NCBI GenBank assembly: GCA_964016885.1
Contig: OZ024744.1
Span: 56,916,001-56,980,000, forward strand
Source of the DNA: Eledone cirrhosa
Taxonomy: Eukaryota
Direction of reading: 5' to 3'
DNA: 64,000 bases
Shown here one piece after another: positions 1 through 14,339 of this stretch. The position numbers and the translations under genes are program-made. Numbering within the stretch: the first letter of the stretch is position 1; the number at the start of each line of letters is the position of its first letter. The notes below the pieces were generated by a model. The model was not told the origin of the DNA, ran no database searches, and saw only the letters and a program-made list of their open reading frames with translations.

Positions 1-1225
1 CTCCGATCTGTCATCTGGTAGTCCCTAAGGAGACTAGGTGTAGAGGAATGGTTTGTGAGGACAGTGCAAGCTATGTACAGAGGAACTGTTAGTAAAGTGA
101 GAGTGGGAATGGAATTTAGTGAAGAATTCCAGATACAAGTAGGAGTACATCAATATTCAGTCCTCAGCCCACTCTTATTCATTATAGTTCTCCATGCCAT
201 AACAGAGGAGTTTAAGACTGGCTGCCCATGGAAACTTCTCTATGCTGACGATCTGGTACTTATAGCAGAAACAGTAGAGGAGCTAAAGAATAAATTCTGG
301 CTATGGAAACAGCAGTTGGAATCAAGAGGACTCAGAGTGAACCTAGCTAAGACTAAATTGTTGATAAGTAGGAAAGAGGACAAAACTCTGATTCCATCAG
401 GGAAATGGCCATGCTCAATATATAGAAGTTGGCATAAATTCTATAGAATGTACACAATGCAGATCTTGGGTACACAAGAGGTGTAGTGGGATAGCAGGTA
501 AACTAACAGGTAGGGAAAACTACATATGCAATAGATGTTCAGGGAAATTTGATAGTAGAAGTGGTAGTGATAGACACATTTTTCAAATGCAGGTAGTTTC
601 AAATAGAGGTGGTTGATAGCTTCCGATAGCTTGGTGATCAGATTAGCAAGGGAGGAGGATGCTCCGAGGCCATAGTATCTAGAATAAGGACGAGTTGGAA
701 GAAGTTTAGGGAGCTGCTTCCTCTGTTGACAAAGAAGGGTTTCTTCCTATGAATGAAAGGCCGGTTATATGATGCCTGCGTGAGATGCGTGATGCTGCAT
801 GGTAGTGAGACATGGGAAGCAGCTGCGGAGGATATGCGATAGCTGGTGTGAAATGAAGCAAGCATGCTCCGATGGATGTACAATGTCAAAGTCCGTGAAC
901 GACTAAGCATAGACGAATTGAGAGTGAAACTGTATAAGAGGGATAAACTGTAGTGTGCGGGAGAGAAGACTGCATTGATATGGACGTGATGCGCATGGTG
1001 GATGACCGCTGGGTAAAGAAGTTCCAAGAAATCCCAGTGGAAAGAAGACGCAGTAGAGAAAGACCACGAAAATCATGGGCGGAGGTGGTGAGAACTGACC
1101 TCAGATCGCTGAAGCTAACAGAGGAGATGACGAAGGGCCATGACGAATGGAGAGATACTGTGCTGAAAAGGACCTGTCCTACCCTTGCAAGCAAGGAAAA
1201 GCGGGCGTAAAATGATGATGATGAT
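1..1225 (+). mobile_element. RTE-clade LINE, 3' part (RT end, PHD-like finger, C-terminus), degenerate; runs off the window start
   Basis: ORF 55..486 has QVGVHQYSVLSPLLF and LLYADDLVL RT motifs; stops and frameshifts; ends CAAGGAAAAGCGGGCGTAAAA(TGA)n like the copy ending at 11140. Confidence 0.92.
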
Positions 1226-1382
1226 ATATATATATATAATATAGAGTAAAATTGCAGGCCGGACAGATGAAATTCCTTCAAATAACTTAAGGCGTAACGA
1301 ACGTGCAATTACACACACACTCATATACAAAATGTGACGCCGTCGTCATGTTATAAAATATCCATTTACTTATAGTTGTTTA

Positions 1383-2041
<659 letters not shown>

Positions 2042-2042
2042 T

Positions 2043-2131
2043 AGTAAAATTTGATTTGATTTGGTCGAGCTGTTTGGGAATGCAAAAAGAAAATACAGAC
2101 AGAGAGACAAAGAATTTTATATATAGAGAGA
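2043..2131 (-). mobile_element. Helitron-type 5'-end fragment (second family)
   Basis: Minus strand TCTCTCTATATATAAAATTCTTTGTCTCTCTGTC; related fragment at about 11140-11217. Confidence 0.6.
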
Positions 2132-2702
2132 TTAGCTGACATACCCAGCTTCGCTTATGTAAACAGATGATAAGAGAAGACAGGTAGAAGAGAAAATGAC
2201 CATATTGGATGTTTATCTGGTTTACAGTATGAAGCGAGACTGTAGTGTGTGTGTTAGAAAAAAATAAACAGTAAAACATCTTCCAGATACCCCCAGATTC
2301 TTCGTTTTACCGTTCGTGCATAGTATATGAAGATTTTCAGATGTTTCCACTCATGAACAACCTACATATAACTGTCCATGGGTAAAAAGCAATTCTCTTG
2401 TATTCAATTATACAACTTTGAAACTCTGGTCCTGAGCTTTATGTACGGTTATAGCAAAACTGGTTCTAACAGGGAACTGAAGTCTTGAGAATTTGAATGG
2501 CAGCTCAGTAAAGGAAGCGATACGAGGAATCTTGGTAATAAATATATTTTCTCCTTGATGATTGCCTCCAAGAATAGTGATTTCTAGGAGATGGTTCATC
2601 ATCCTCATGGCTCTAAAGTGCGTGCCATTGCATAGACGTATTGGGTTCATGTGTCTCAAAAGGGGATGGAAGTTCCAATATGTTATATTATTTAGATATA
2701 GA
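2132..2702 (-). mobile_element. Helitron remnant encoding the C-terminal PIF1-like helicase part of RepHel
   Basis: LCNGT...LPFKFSRLQFPVRTSFAITVHKAQDQS...FTHGQLYVGCS helicase motifs; 3' end GCGAAGCTGGGTATGTCAG-CTAA (decayed CTAG). Confidence 0.85.
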
Positions 2703-3235
2703 TATATATATATAGATAATTGTAATTAAATGTATGTGTGCATGCACGCGTGTGTGTATGTAAACCAGCGTCTGAATCGTGTGTTTAATTCTCTGTGTAT
2801 CTGATACAGTATTTACGTGAAGATGTGTGTATTTAACTTACTAAGATGGAACATACATAACGAACGCACAAACACACACACTTACAGACACATACACACT
2901 CATATACAAAATGTGACGTCGTCGTCATGTTATAAAATATACATTACTTTTAGTCTATAGTAGAATATTTTAGATAAAATATGTTGTTTTAATCCAAATG
3001 AAAATAAAATTTATATGTTGTCACTCCCAGGTTCTTGTAAAATTTGATTTGATTTACATTGAATGCTTTTAAATTTGATATCAAAACTGCTTAATCTATA
3101 TAACTATTTTCCATCACAAGTAGAAAGTAACTATATGGTTATTATACATATATATATATATATGAGAAATGTGTTGAAACAATTTTAAAGAATTAAATGT
3201 TTTAAGTGTATGTCTTTGATATACATATATATCAT

Positions 3236-4111
<876 letters not shown>

Positions 4112-4140
4112 ATTTGAATGGATACAGTTTAGTTGAAAGG

Positions 4141-4448
4141 AATTTATTGACACGTGTTTCTATAACAGTTACATAACCTGAAAACAGCTGCTATCTATAA
4201 AGTATTAGTTATGCAGACATTCAATATTTCAATGTTATTATTTACTGGTATCGGTAGAGGGTCGGACGCCATGCTTTCCAGCATAGTTACGTCCCTTTAC
4301 GATCCGAGTTCAAATCCCGCCGAGGTTAATTTTGCCTTTCATCCTTACGGGGTCGATAAAATAAAGTACCAGTAATGCACTGGGTAATTGCTGGCCTTGT
4401 GCCAAAAGTAGAAACAATTATTTACTGTCATTTCATCAGAATAATATT
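4141..4448 (-). ncRNA. Type I hammerhead ribozyme motif with a SINE inserted in loop II
   Basis: Minus: AATATTATT-CTGATGA-AATGACAGT...ACTGTTATA-GAAA-CACGTG-TC-AATAAATT; intact core boxes, stems I-III pair. Confidence 0.72.
4248..4416 (+). mobile_element. tRNA-derived SINE (family B), 5'-truncated
   Basis: B-box GAGTTCAAATCCC; matches 34862-35054; 11-bp TSD ATTATTTACTG (4237-4247 / 4417-4427). Confidence 0.88.
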
Positions 4449-4990
4449 ACTGAGGACCTGTTTGGTTTTTATAGAGAATATTAGGAGGGAGGGGTGAAGT
4501 TGTTAGAAGAATAGTTGAGGGAGTGGTTTTTTGATAGCAGTGAGAATTTTCGGTGGCAGTGAGTAATTAGATTCCCATCTGTTGTTTTGACATTTTTATA
4601 GAATATATTATTGGTTATTTTTCTAAATCTATAGAAGGATTAGAGATAGTAAAGATATGCGTGGTTGGTTTTGTGTTTGCACTTAATTAACATTCAGACT
4701 TAAATTTTTCTTTCAAGTGTACGTATCCTTTCGCCCACGCATCACACACAAACATATTTGCACACCTCTACTAAATACATATACTCACATTCACATAGTA
4801 ACATGTTCATACTTACATACATATACACATGCATACATATATATATACACACATGTATTCATGTACATACATACGCGTTCATGTGTATACATTTTTATAC
4901 TCAACTTATCTTTATATACACACGTATAGACACACACATATATACATACATACTCTAGTCTATGTGTATATATATACATATACATATATA

Positions 4991-5032
<42 letters not shown>

Positions 5033-5129
5033 CACTTTAATACATGAATACACTTACATCTAACTATACACATCAAACATATATATATATATTTACTTAT
5101 TTATATACATTTTCACATATATATACATA

Positions 5130-6425
5130 CTTATGGTCGCTTTTAGACACATTCATTATCGCATTTTTGCACCTATTCTCATCAGCATATCTTTCCATTA
5201 TTAGTGTGGTAATTTGAGGTTATTAATATACATATATATGTTGAGAAGAGATTGTTTTTATATTTTTTTAACTAGATTGAGGTTTATATAGTTGGGGGGA
5301 TGTCCCTCTTTTATGTAATATTCGGCTTGTAGTGGAAAAAAAGGGTTTTAGTTCGGTGGCGGCAGAATAATGTTCGTTCAATTCTGTTATTCAGCAATTT
5401 CTTCTTGTGTGTGATTATGTAATAAATCTCAAGATTACACAATTTGCAGAAATTTTGGCTCCTGGAAAAGCTTTGGATTTTAGCTAATTTCTCCCATTTT
5501 AGGGTAAACTTTTGATCGCTATCCCTGAGCGTCCAAGCTTTTTCTGGTAAAGTTGTTACATTTCTTTGGCTCTGGTGTTTTATTGAGTAAGAATGCCTAT
5601 ATAATCGAGATTTAAACGATGTTGCCGTTGATCCCACGTAATACCACTCGTTGCCTCCGGATTTAATGGTACACTTATAAATAATATTTTTTTCCAGGCA
5701 GTTATTGCCGAGGGGGCAGTTGTCAGGATAGGTGCAGTTACAGTTGTGTACGTTGGGTTTTCTCTGGAGTAGTATAGCGGACGAACTTAGGTGTGGTTTA
5801 TTTATGTTCTGTAGTGTATTGTCTACTGTTTTTTTTGTGTTCTTTGTACTTAAGTTTTTAGTGTTTTCGTTTAACCTTCTAGTATTGATCTTTTTTATGT
5901 GCTGTTCAAGGTTTAACGCTGTAGAGTATGACAGTCTTATAGTGGTAGGGTTTAGGATTTTGTGGTATTTGTGTGATGTAGGAAAATGTCTCTTAATTAT
6001 TTTAAAGAAGAGTACTGGTAAATTTGTACTAATGGAACTATTGTATTCGGGGTTATACCATAAGTACTCTTTGCATCGCTTTCTATTAGTTTTGTTTGTT
6101 GGTTTACTGGTGTGCATACTATGGTAGTAAGTGTGGTTTGGTGTTGTGTTATTATATCTACCTATGTGGGATTTATTTTGGGTGTTTTGATTGTTCCCAT
6201 CTATATACTCTATTTTGTTGAGGTAGCCTGCTTTACTAAGGGCGTTATCGTAGTACTCGGCGTGTTCCTTAAATACTTGTATGTTAGAAGATAGACCCGA
6301 GATTCTAAGGGAAATATGTTTAGGGATAGATTTAATTATAGAGATGGGGTGATTAGACCCAACATTTACGTATTTGAGATTTTCATTCAATTTATGAAAC
6401 GGTTTAATCAGACCAGAGTTTAAAT
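5130..6425 (-). mobile_element. Penelope-like element, 5'-truncated (RT thumb + GIY-YIG endonuclease)
   Basis: ORF 5311..~6423: SNHP thumb motif, CNC..CPL..NCL, IIYK...YYVG, C.LC..E, LLN.R.E...CRHR; the N-terminal IY-rich stretch of the called ORF is just (AT)n. Confidence 0.92.
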
Positions 6426-6458
6426 TGAGTATATATATATATATATATGTATAAATTG

Positions 6459-6490
<32 letters not shown>

Positions 6491-6976
6491 AATTGAGTAT
6501 ATATATATAAATTGAGTATATATATATATATATATATATCATATATATATATACATATATACAGGGAGCTCATAGATAGGACAGCATACTGTTTTTCGTG
6601 GGGGGGGGGGGGGGTAAGTTTTTACTCATTTTCGTATTCTAAAAGACCAAAATACAACAAAATGTTTACTCATTGGACGCCGGGAAATGTACTGACAAAA
6701 GCTGTGGAAGCTACAGAAATATTCCATATATTTTTCCAGAGCAATCTTTATTTAAAAATTTTACATTTTACGCTTACAAAATGGCCATAAATTCAAATTT
6801 TGAAAAGAGAGGAAAAGGAACAAGTGAACTATGAACTTGTTATATCTCACTGCCCCACACCTCTCCGCCACCACAATAACGTCTACACTCGCTCCCCACC
6901 ACCATCACATAAATCATTACCCTATCTTCACTAAGACCTGTTGACGAACTGCTAAATCCTTTGTTGAATGTGTGTG

Positions 6977-7007
<31 letters not shown>

Positions 7008-7249
7008 ATATATGTATGTATATATATATCTCAGTGGATGCGGCCAGATTTCAACACAGCAACAGCAACAACACTATTGTCTGTGTTGAATGTGTGTAGG
7101 TATGTATATATATATATATGTGTGTATGTATATATATGTATGTGTATATATCACACACGCGAAGCGAACAAATTTCAAAATTTCAACCCAGCGACTATAA
7201 TAACAGCAACAGCAACAACACCATTGTCTGCAGCAGCAGCAGTAAAATG

Positions 7250-7625
7250 AACAACTACAACGGCAGCAGCAACAACAACAACAACTGCCACCACCATCAC
7301 TGACACTATCCACCACCATCACTGACAATATCCACCACCTTCACTACCACCACAACCATCACTGGTACCATCCACCACCACCACCATCACCACCACCACC
7401 ATAACCATCACTGACACCATCCAAACCATTACCACCACCACCACCACCACCGCCATCACCATCACTGACATCATCCACCACCTTCACCACCATCACCATC
7501 ACTGACATCATCCACCACCTTCACCACCACCACTACCACCACCACCACCACCATCACTGGCACCATCCACCACCACCACCACCATCACCATCACTGACAC
7601 CATCCACCACCACCAACATAACCAG
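7250..7625. repeat. (CAC/ACC)n-rich low-complexity repeat
   Basis: Degenerate CACCAC/CATCACTGACA units. Confidence 0.9.
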
Positions 7626-7904
7626 CGATCAGGCCTTAAAAACAACTATAATAATAATAATACTAAATAACTATTTTGTTCTTGGCACGGGGCAGCGATT
7701 GTCCCAGCGCATTGCTGGAAAAGTCAACAGTTGACATGATTTTGATTTTGTATCAGTACTGACGGTAATATATATATATATATATATATGTGTGAGTGGT
7801 GTGTGTGTTTGTATGCAGGAGTGTTGGTGTGTGAGTGAGTGTGTGTATGAGCTGTGAGTGTCAATAAGTGTTTTTTGGGGTTTTTTTTAATGACCATGCT
7901 GTAA

Positions 7905-10900
7905 AGTGGAGGGGTAGAGAGGGCCCTTGAGTCTAGTAAGACATCCTCTCTAGTGCTGGTGGCACAAATAAAAGCACCCAGTCCATGGCGCTCGTGTTAG
8001 GAAGGGCATCCAACCAGTGTATCAATGCCAAAACGATTATTAGCACAGCAACAAGTACATAGGAACAACAAAATATGAAGACGTCGCATCTCAGAGTTGC
8101 AACACTTAATGTTGGTACTCTCAGAGGTAGATCTGCTGAAATAGCGGAGATGCTGGAGAGAAGGCATGTGGATGTGTGCTGCGTGCAAGAGGTGAGATGG
8201 AGAGGTGCCTCTGCAAGACTAATCGTAGGCAAACATCTTCGCTATAAGCTTTTCTGGATAGGTAAGGATGATGGGTTAGGGGGAGTAGGCATTTTCCTGG
8301 CTGAGAAATGGATCAATAAGACAATAGAGGTAGTTCGAGTTAGTAATCGAATAATTAAGATTAGATTAGTTGTAGGCAGGAGACTACTGACAATCATCTC
8401 TGTCTATGCTCGACAAACAGGCCTAGGCAAAGAAGAGAAAGACTGCTTTTACGAGCAACTTTTACAAACAACTGCAATGACTGAGGACGGAGACATCGTT
8501 ATGCTAGCAGGAGACTTCAATGGTCATGTTGGACAGCTCCAGGATGGTTACACTGGGGTACATGGTGGGCACGGTTACAGCTCAAGAAATGAAGAAGGAG
8601 TGAGACTTCTTGAATTTTGTGATGCAAGTACACTAACCATTTGCAACACTAACTTCCAGAAACCTACCAACCACCTAATAACCTACAAATCTGGCGAGCA
8701 CATAAGACAGATTGACTTCTTACTAGTTAGGCAGCAGGACAGGTAGATAGTGTCTAATAACAAAGCATACCTTGGGGAAGAATGTACCCCACAGCATAGG
8801 TTAGTTGTTAATGATATCTCAGTAAGCAAGAGATGGAATGAGACATGCAGGAAGGTGTGGAGAAGAAAGGTCTGGAAGCTAAAAGACCTTTCACTAAAAT
8901 ACAAATTTAGGTAAGCCCTTCAAGATGTGTATGACGAAAAAGAAGACGATTTAGAGACGTATGACATAGATAATAACTGGAATTTCTTACGTGACAACTT
9001 ACTGCAGGCTTTTGATGAAACTTGTGTCTGGGGCAAAGCTCCAACCAGACAGAGAGTGACCTGGTGGTGGAACAGCACAGTAGATAAGGCCATTAGAGAC
9101 AAAAGACTAGCATGGAAGGCTTGGAAAAAGGGTGGGAGTAAAGAAGGATATACAGCTGCTAAGAGAGAAGCTAGACGTCAGGTGTACTTAGCACGCAAGG
9201 AGGCTAAGAGTAGGAGGTTTGCCAATGTTCTGCGACGGAAAGATCAGAGGCGTGCGGTGTTCCACATTGCAAGGCAGTGTGTCAATGCAAATCAGGATGT
9301 TGTTGGAGATAAATGTGTCCGGGATGATGCCGGTGTATTTAGTGTCACGAATGATCAGAAAAAGGTGGCCTGGAAATATCATTATGAGAGACTGATGAAT
9401 GTGGAGAACGAATGGGAGAGAGAGAAATTACCCTCAGTAGATCCGACAGAGGGACCAGCTATTGAGATTGACGAATATAGGGTCCAAGAGGCGATTAGGG
9501 AAATGAAAAATGGTAAGGCTGCTGGACCATCGGGGATAGTTGCTGAGATGCTGAAGGCATCAGGGGACGTAGGCACTAAACTGGTTGCACACATCATCAA
9601 TCAGGCTATTTATGGTGGTATCATACCCAAAGACTGGTGCAGCAGTATTCTCATAAATTGCTACAAAGGTAAAGGGGATGCTCTGGAGAGGAGCAATTAT
9701 AGGGGTATAAAACTGATGGATCAAGTTATGAAAGTGGCAGAAAGGATATTAACACAACTAATCAGAGAAAGGGTCAAACTAGATGAGATGCAGTTTGGTT
9801 TTGTGCCTAAGAAGAGTACAACAGATGCCCTCTTCTTAGTGAGACAATTACAAGAGAGGTTTTTAGAGTAAAATAAGCCACTATACTTAGCCTTTGTTGA
9901 CCTAGAGAAGGCCTTCGATAGGGTACCCCGATCTGTCATCTTGTGGTACCTAAGGAAACTAGGTGTTGAGGAATGGCTTGTGAGGACAGTGCAAACTTTG
10001 TACAGAGGTACTCTCAGTAAAGTCAGGGAAGGAATGGAGTTTAGTGAGGAATTCCAGATACAAGTAGGAGTACATCAAGGTTCGGTCCTCAGCCTGCTCT
10101 TGTTCATTATAGTCCTCCAAGCCATAACAGAGGAATTTAAGACCGGCTGTCCATGGGAACTTCTCTATGCTGACGATCTGGTACTTATAGCAGAATCAGT
10201 AGAGGAGCTAGAGAATAAATTCTGACTATGGAAACAGCAGTTGGAATCAAGAGGACTGAGAGTGAACCTAGCTAAGACAAAAGTGTTGATGAGTAGAAAA
10301 GAGGACAAAACTCTGATTCCGTCAGGGAAATGGCCATGTTCGATATGCAGAAAAGGAGATGGCATAAATTCTATAAAATGCACACAATGCAGATCCTGGG
10401 TACACAAGAGATGTAGTGGGATAGCAGGTAAACTAACAGGTAGGGAGAAGTACGTATGCAGTAGACGTACAGGGAAATTTGACAGTAGTAGTCGTAATGA
10501 TAAACACATTTATCAAATGCAGGCAGGTGCTATAGAAGTGGTGGATAGCTTCCGGTACGTAGGTGATCAGATTAGCATGGGGGGGGGGGGGCTGTTCCGA
10601 GGCCATAGTATCTAGAATAAGGACGGGTTGGAAGAAGTTTAGGGAGCTGCTTCCTCTGCTGACGAAGAAGGGTTTCTCCCTGCGTACAAAAGGCCGGTTA
10701 TATGATGCCTGTGTGAGGAGCGTGATGCTGCATGGTAGTGAGACATGGGCAGCAACTGCAGAGGATATGCGACGGCTGGAGAGAAATGACGCAAGCATGC
10801 TTTGTTGGATGTGCAATGTCAATGTGTGTGAACGACCCAGCATGAATGTGTTGAGAGGGATAGAATGTAGTGTGCGAGAGAGGAGACTGAGGTGGTATTG

Positions 10901-11140
10901 ACATGTGATGCGCATGGAGGATGACCGATGGGTGAAGAAGTGCCAGGAAATACCAGCTGAAGGAAGACGAGGTAGACCATGAAAAACATGGGAGGAGGTG
11001 GTGAGAACAGACCTCAGATCACTGAAGCTCACGGTGGAGATGACGAAGGACCGTGACAAGTGGAGAGATGCTGTGCTAAATAAGACCCATCCCACCCTTG
11101 CAAGCAGGGAAAAGCGGACGTAAAATGATGATGATGATGA
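7905..11140 (+). mobile_element. Near full-length RTE-clade LINE (APE endonuclease + RT + PHD-like finger), inactivated
   Basis: ATLNVGTL..CCVQEVRW..GDFNGHVG..IDF (APE, 8075-8746); QFGF..DLEKAFD..QG..YADDL (RT); CxxC..CxxC..WVHKRC..C finger; several in-frame stops; (TGA)n tail; 5' boundary approximate. Confidence 0.95.
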
Positions 11141-11227
11141 TTTGGTCGAGCTCTTTGGGAATGCATAAGGAAAAGACAGACCGACAGAGAGACAAAGAAT
11201 TTTATATAGAGAGAGATGTAAATATAG

Positions 11228-11563
11228 ATCATCATCATCATCATCATTTTACCTCTGCTTTTCCCTGCTTGCAAGAGTGGGACGGGAACTGATTCTGGCT
11301 TGATTTCTACAGCTGGATACCCTTCCTAACAACATTTACAGTGAGTGCTGGGTGCTTTTTTGCCGTGGCACCTAAATGCCCACTTTGCAATTGAATGATA
11401 TGGACCCCAGTCCCTATCATCTCATTTCTACAGCTGAGTAAACTGGAGCAATGTGAAATAAAGTGTCTTGCTCAAGGAAACAACACATCACCTGGTCTGA
11501 GAATTGAACTCACAACCTTTCGATTGTAAGGCCAATGCTCTAACCACTAAGCCATGTGCCTCC
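11228..11563 (-). mobile_element. tRNA-derived SINE (family A) with RTE-derived 3' end
   Basis: Homologous to 39407-39699; A/B boxes; 3' end matches the RTE 3' terminus and (TGA)n tail. Confidence 0.9.
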
Positions 11564-11699
11564 ATAGAAATACATAAAACCAATTAATAGATAGAAATAC
11601 ATAAAACCAATTAATTATTGATAGGAACCTGATAAATTTTATACACAAAAATATACAATCAAAGTGAAAAAAAACCCAATCAATTAAGCAATAAGTCCG

Positions 11700-12372
11700 A
11701 CAATTGGTCACATACCACAAGCGGCATCAGAACCTTTTGAGGCAAGCCAACATACTCACAGCATTACCGCAGGTGATGGTGAGGCTAAGGTGCTGAAACA
11801 ACCAAGTACCTTCATGGACATCACCTGACAACTCGGTAAGTCAAGCCGCTAACGGTGACAAGAACTTTGTTGTCAGCAACTCAGCTTCCCCAAACGTCTC
11901 GAATGTCACAGGCTAGAAGAAATGGTTTACCGATAAGTCCCGGTACTTTACAGTCACATTCTGTTCCGCTATGGAAGCAGTAACCCCTACAACTGCGACA
12001 ACATCCAGGATGTGGGAGGGAGCAAAAGAATCATAGACTGTAACGTCTCAGATGAGATATCTACCTCTTACACAGAGACAATGGGTAAGACCATCTGGCT
12101 TCTTCCCATCAATTCTGGATAATCTAGCTGGCTCCAGAACCCAGGGGATCTTTACCCAATCTACAACCCACTTAATGATCAGGTTTAGTTTGGTGTAGTG
12201 AGTGAAGCAACCAACATTCAGGTAGTAAGACAAACCATGAAGGCCTACCACAGTAACATCTCAGTGCCTTACTCACATCAGCTCCCACTGCGAGTGCTAT
12301 GGAGATGTGAGCACATTATAAATGAGGAGACCACTAATGTTGGCTATAAGCATGGCATCAACCTAGTCCCCC
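11700..12372 (-). mobile_element. Degenerate CRE-like retroelement fragment (RLE domain)
   Basis: HGLS..LEP..LSRIDGKKPDG..DVTV.D..KY..PVTFETFG motifs, homologous to the C-terminus of the element at 14101-18950. Confidence 0.85.
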
Positions 12373-13329
12373 AAGAATTTTACATTTTCGAAAAGCAGGC
12401 AACATTTTGAAAATTTATCAGATTGATTATGTATATATGTATATGAATACATATAAAAATGAGAAACAACTACTGCAGCATCCAAAATGTTGGAGGTAGC
12501 AAAAGAGTCACTGACTGTGGCATACACAGGGACAATGGGTAATACCCTGTGAACTTAGTGTACAAGTAGCTGAGTATTTCAGACACATATACATTTAATG
12601 TACATAGCAGGGAGATTCAACGTGACTGTGACAAGGCTGGTACTACCAATTACAAATAAAACTAATTTCTTTCCACACAATAGGACTGAAGCAATATGAA
12701 ATAAAGTGTCTTACTCAAGGACACTGTGCTGCTGGGAATGAAAATTATTGTTATGAGACAAACACCCTAACTACAAAGCTATGGGCCTTCATGATTTTAT
12801 ATAGACTTTATAAAACGATATCAACTGGTGACTCATATGATAAGTGACGTCACATTGGCTGTCTCAATAGTAGGTAACTAGTAATGCCACTACTGTAGTT
12901 ATTTTTCAGTTCTGGTACTTACTATATCAATCTCTTTTTATTGAACCGCTACGTTATGGTACATAAATACAAACATACGACAGGCTTCTGCATTTTCCAC
13001 CTACCAAGGTATTGATAAACCTGAGGCTGCGACAGAAGAAACTTATCCTAGATGCAGTGAAGGGGGACTTAACTTGAAAGCGTGTGTAAATAAATCAATG
13101 GATTTTGTTTAATAGAAAATTATTAAAAACTGTAGGGTTTATAATAGTTTGTTTTCTTTTATCGGGGGAAAAAAAAAATAAGCATCGCTACACTCAGAAG
13201 TAAATAGCGGGTGTCTGAATGTAAAGATGCTCGAGTCTTGTTACGCCAGCAAATGCTACATCTCATTCTACATTAATCATGCTTTTTATTATAAAAGATA
13301 ATTCTTCCGAATAACCATATATCTCACGT

Positions 13330-14100
13330 GGCTGAAAGTACCATTGGTACTAGATCCTATCTCACCTTTCTACATGTACCATGTATAGTTTGCTACTAGT
13401 TCCTATCTCACCTTACTAGGTGTACCATATAGAGTTTGGTACCAGTTCCTATCTCACCTTGCTAGGTGAACCATATATAGTTTAGTACTAGTTCCTATCT
13501 CACCTAGCGAGGTGTACCATATACAGTTTGGTACTAGTTCCTATCTAACTTTGCTAGGTGTACCATATATAGTTTGGTACTAGTTCCTATCTCACCTTGC
13601 TAGGTGTAATATATAAACTAGTTTGGTACTAGTTCTTACCTCACCTTCTACAAGTACCATATATACTAGTTTGGTACTAGTTCCTATTTCACCTTGCAAG
13701 GTGTACTATATATAATTTGATACTAGTTTCTATCTCCCCTTGCTAGGTGTACCATACATAGTTTGTGCTAGTTCCTATGTCACTTTGCTAGGTGTACCAT
13801 ATATACTAACTTGGTACTAGTTGCTATCTCACCTAGCTAGCTGTACCAATTATAGTTTGGTTCTAGTACCTATGCCACCTTGCAAGGTGTACCATATATA
13901 ATTTGATACTAGTTCCTATCTCACCTTGCTAGTGTACCATATATACTTGTTTGGTACTAGTTCTTATCGCACCTTGCTAGGTGTACCATATATAGTGTTG
14001 TACTAGTTCCTATTTCACCTTGCTAGGTATACTATATATACTAGTTTGGTACTAGTTCTTATCGCACCTTGCTAGGTGTACCATATAGAGTTCGGTACTA
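13330..14100 (+). repeat. 46/49-bp satellite array, block 1
   Basis: Unit TAGTTCCTATCTCACCTTGCTAGGTGTACCATATA(CTA)TAGTTTGGTAC-like; period 46 (e.g. 13535 to 13581). Confidence 0.97.
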
Positions 14101-14339
14101 TAAACATTTAATTTTATTCACAGTTGTATAAATAACATTACAAATCGTTTGCAATTCTTTCAGAATAAACAGAGCATATAAATAAATTTACAGTAGAATA
14201 ACAAAACAAATATGTTTTAAATATATACATAAATAACATTACAAATACTTAGATTACATTATAAATAGCTCGCAATTCTTTCAGAAAGATATATTCTTTT
14301 AATGTTACAATATTAAAGAAAATGTAAAGGAAGGGGTGA

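Larger units (their letters stand above)
4110..4700 (-). mobile_element. Degenerate Penelope-like 3' end
   Basis: Minus-strand remnant NNRWE/LITHCHRKFSL resembling the GIY-YIG C-terminal tail of ORF 5311, followed by a hammerhead motif and (AT)n. Confidence 0.55.

Noticed and set aside
2408-2659. Host PIF1 helicase gene
   Set aside because: Short, contains stops, no exon structure, and ends in a Helitron terminus
6682-6737. Additional hammerhead (GGGAAATGTA-CTGACAA...GAAA...TATATTTTTCC)
   Set aside because: Stem I and a hairpin are present but the core and spacing deviate too much to call
7905-8030. HDV-like ribozyme at the RTE 5' end
   Set aside because: Known in some RTEs, but I could not build the nested double pseudoknot by eye
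10433-11095. 220-aa minus-strand ORF and similar antisense ORFs over LINEs
   Set aside because: Shadow frames of RTE coding sequence
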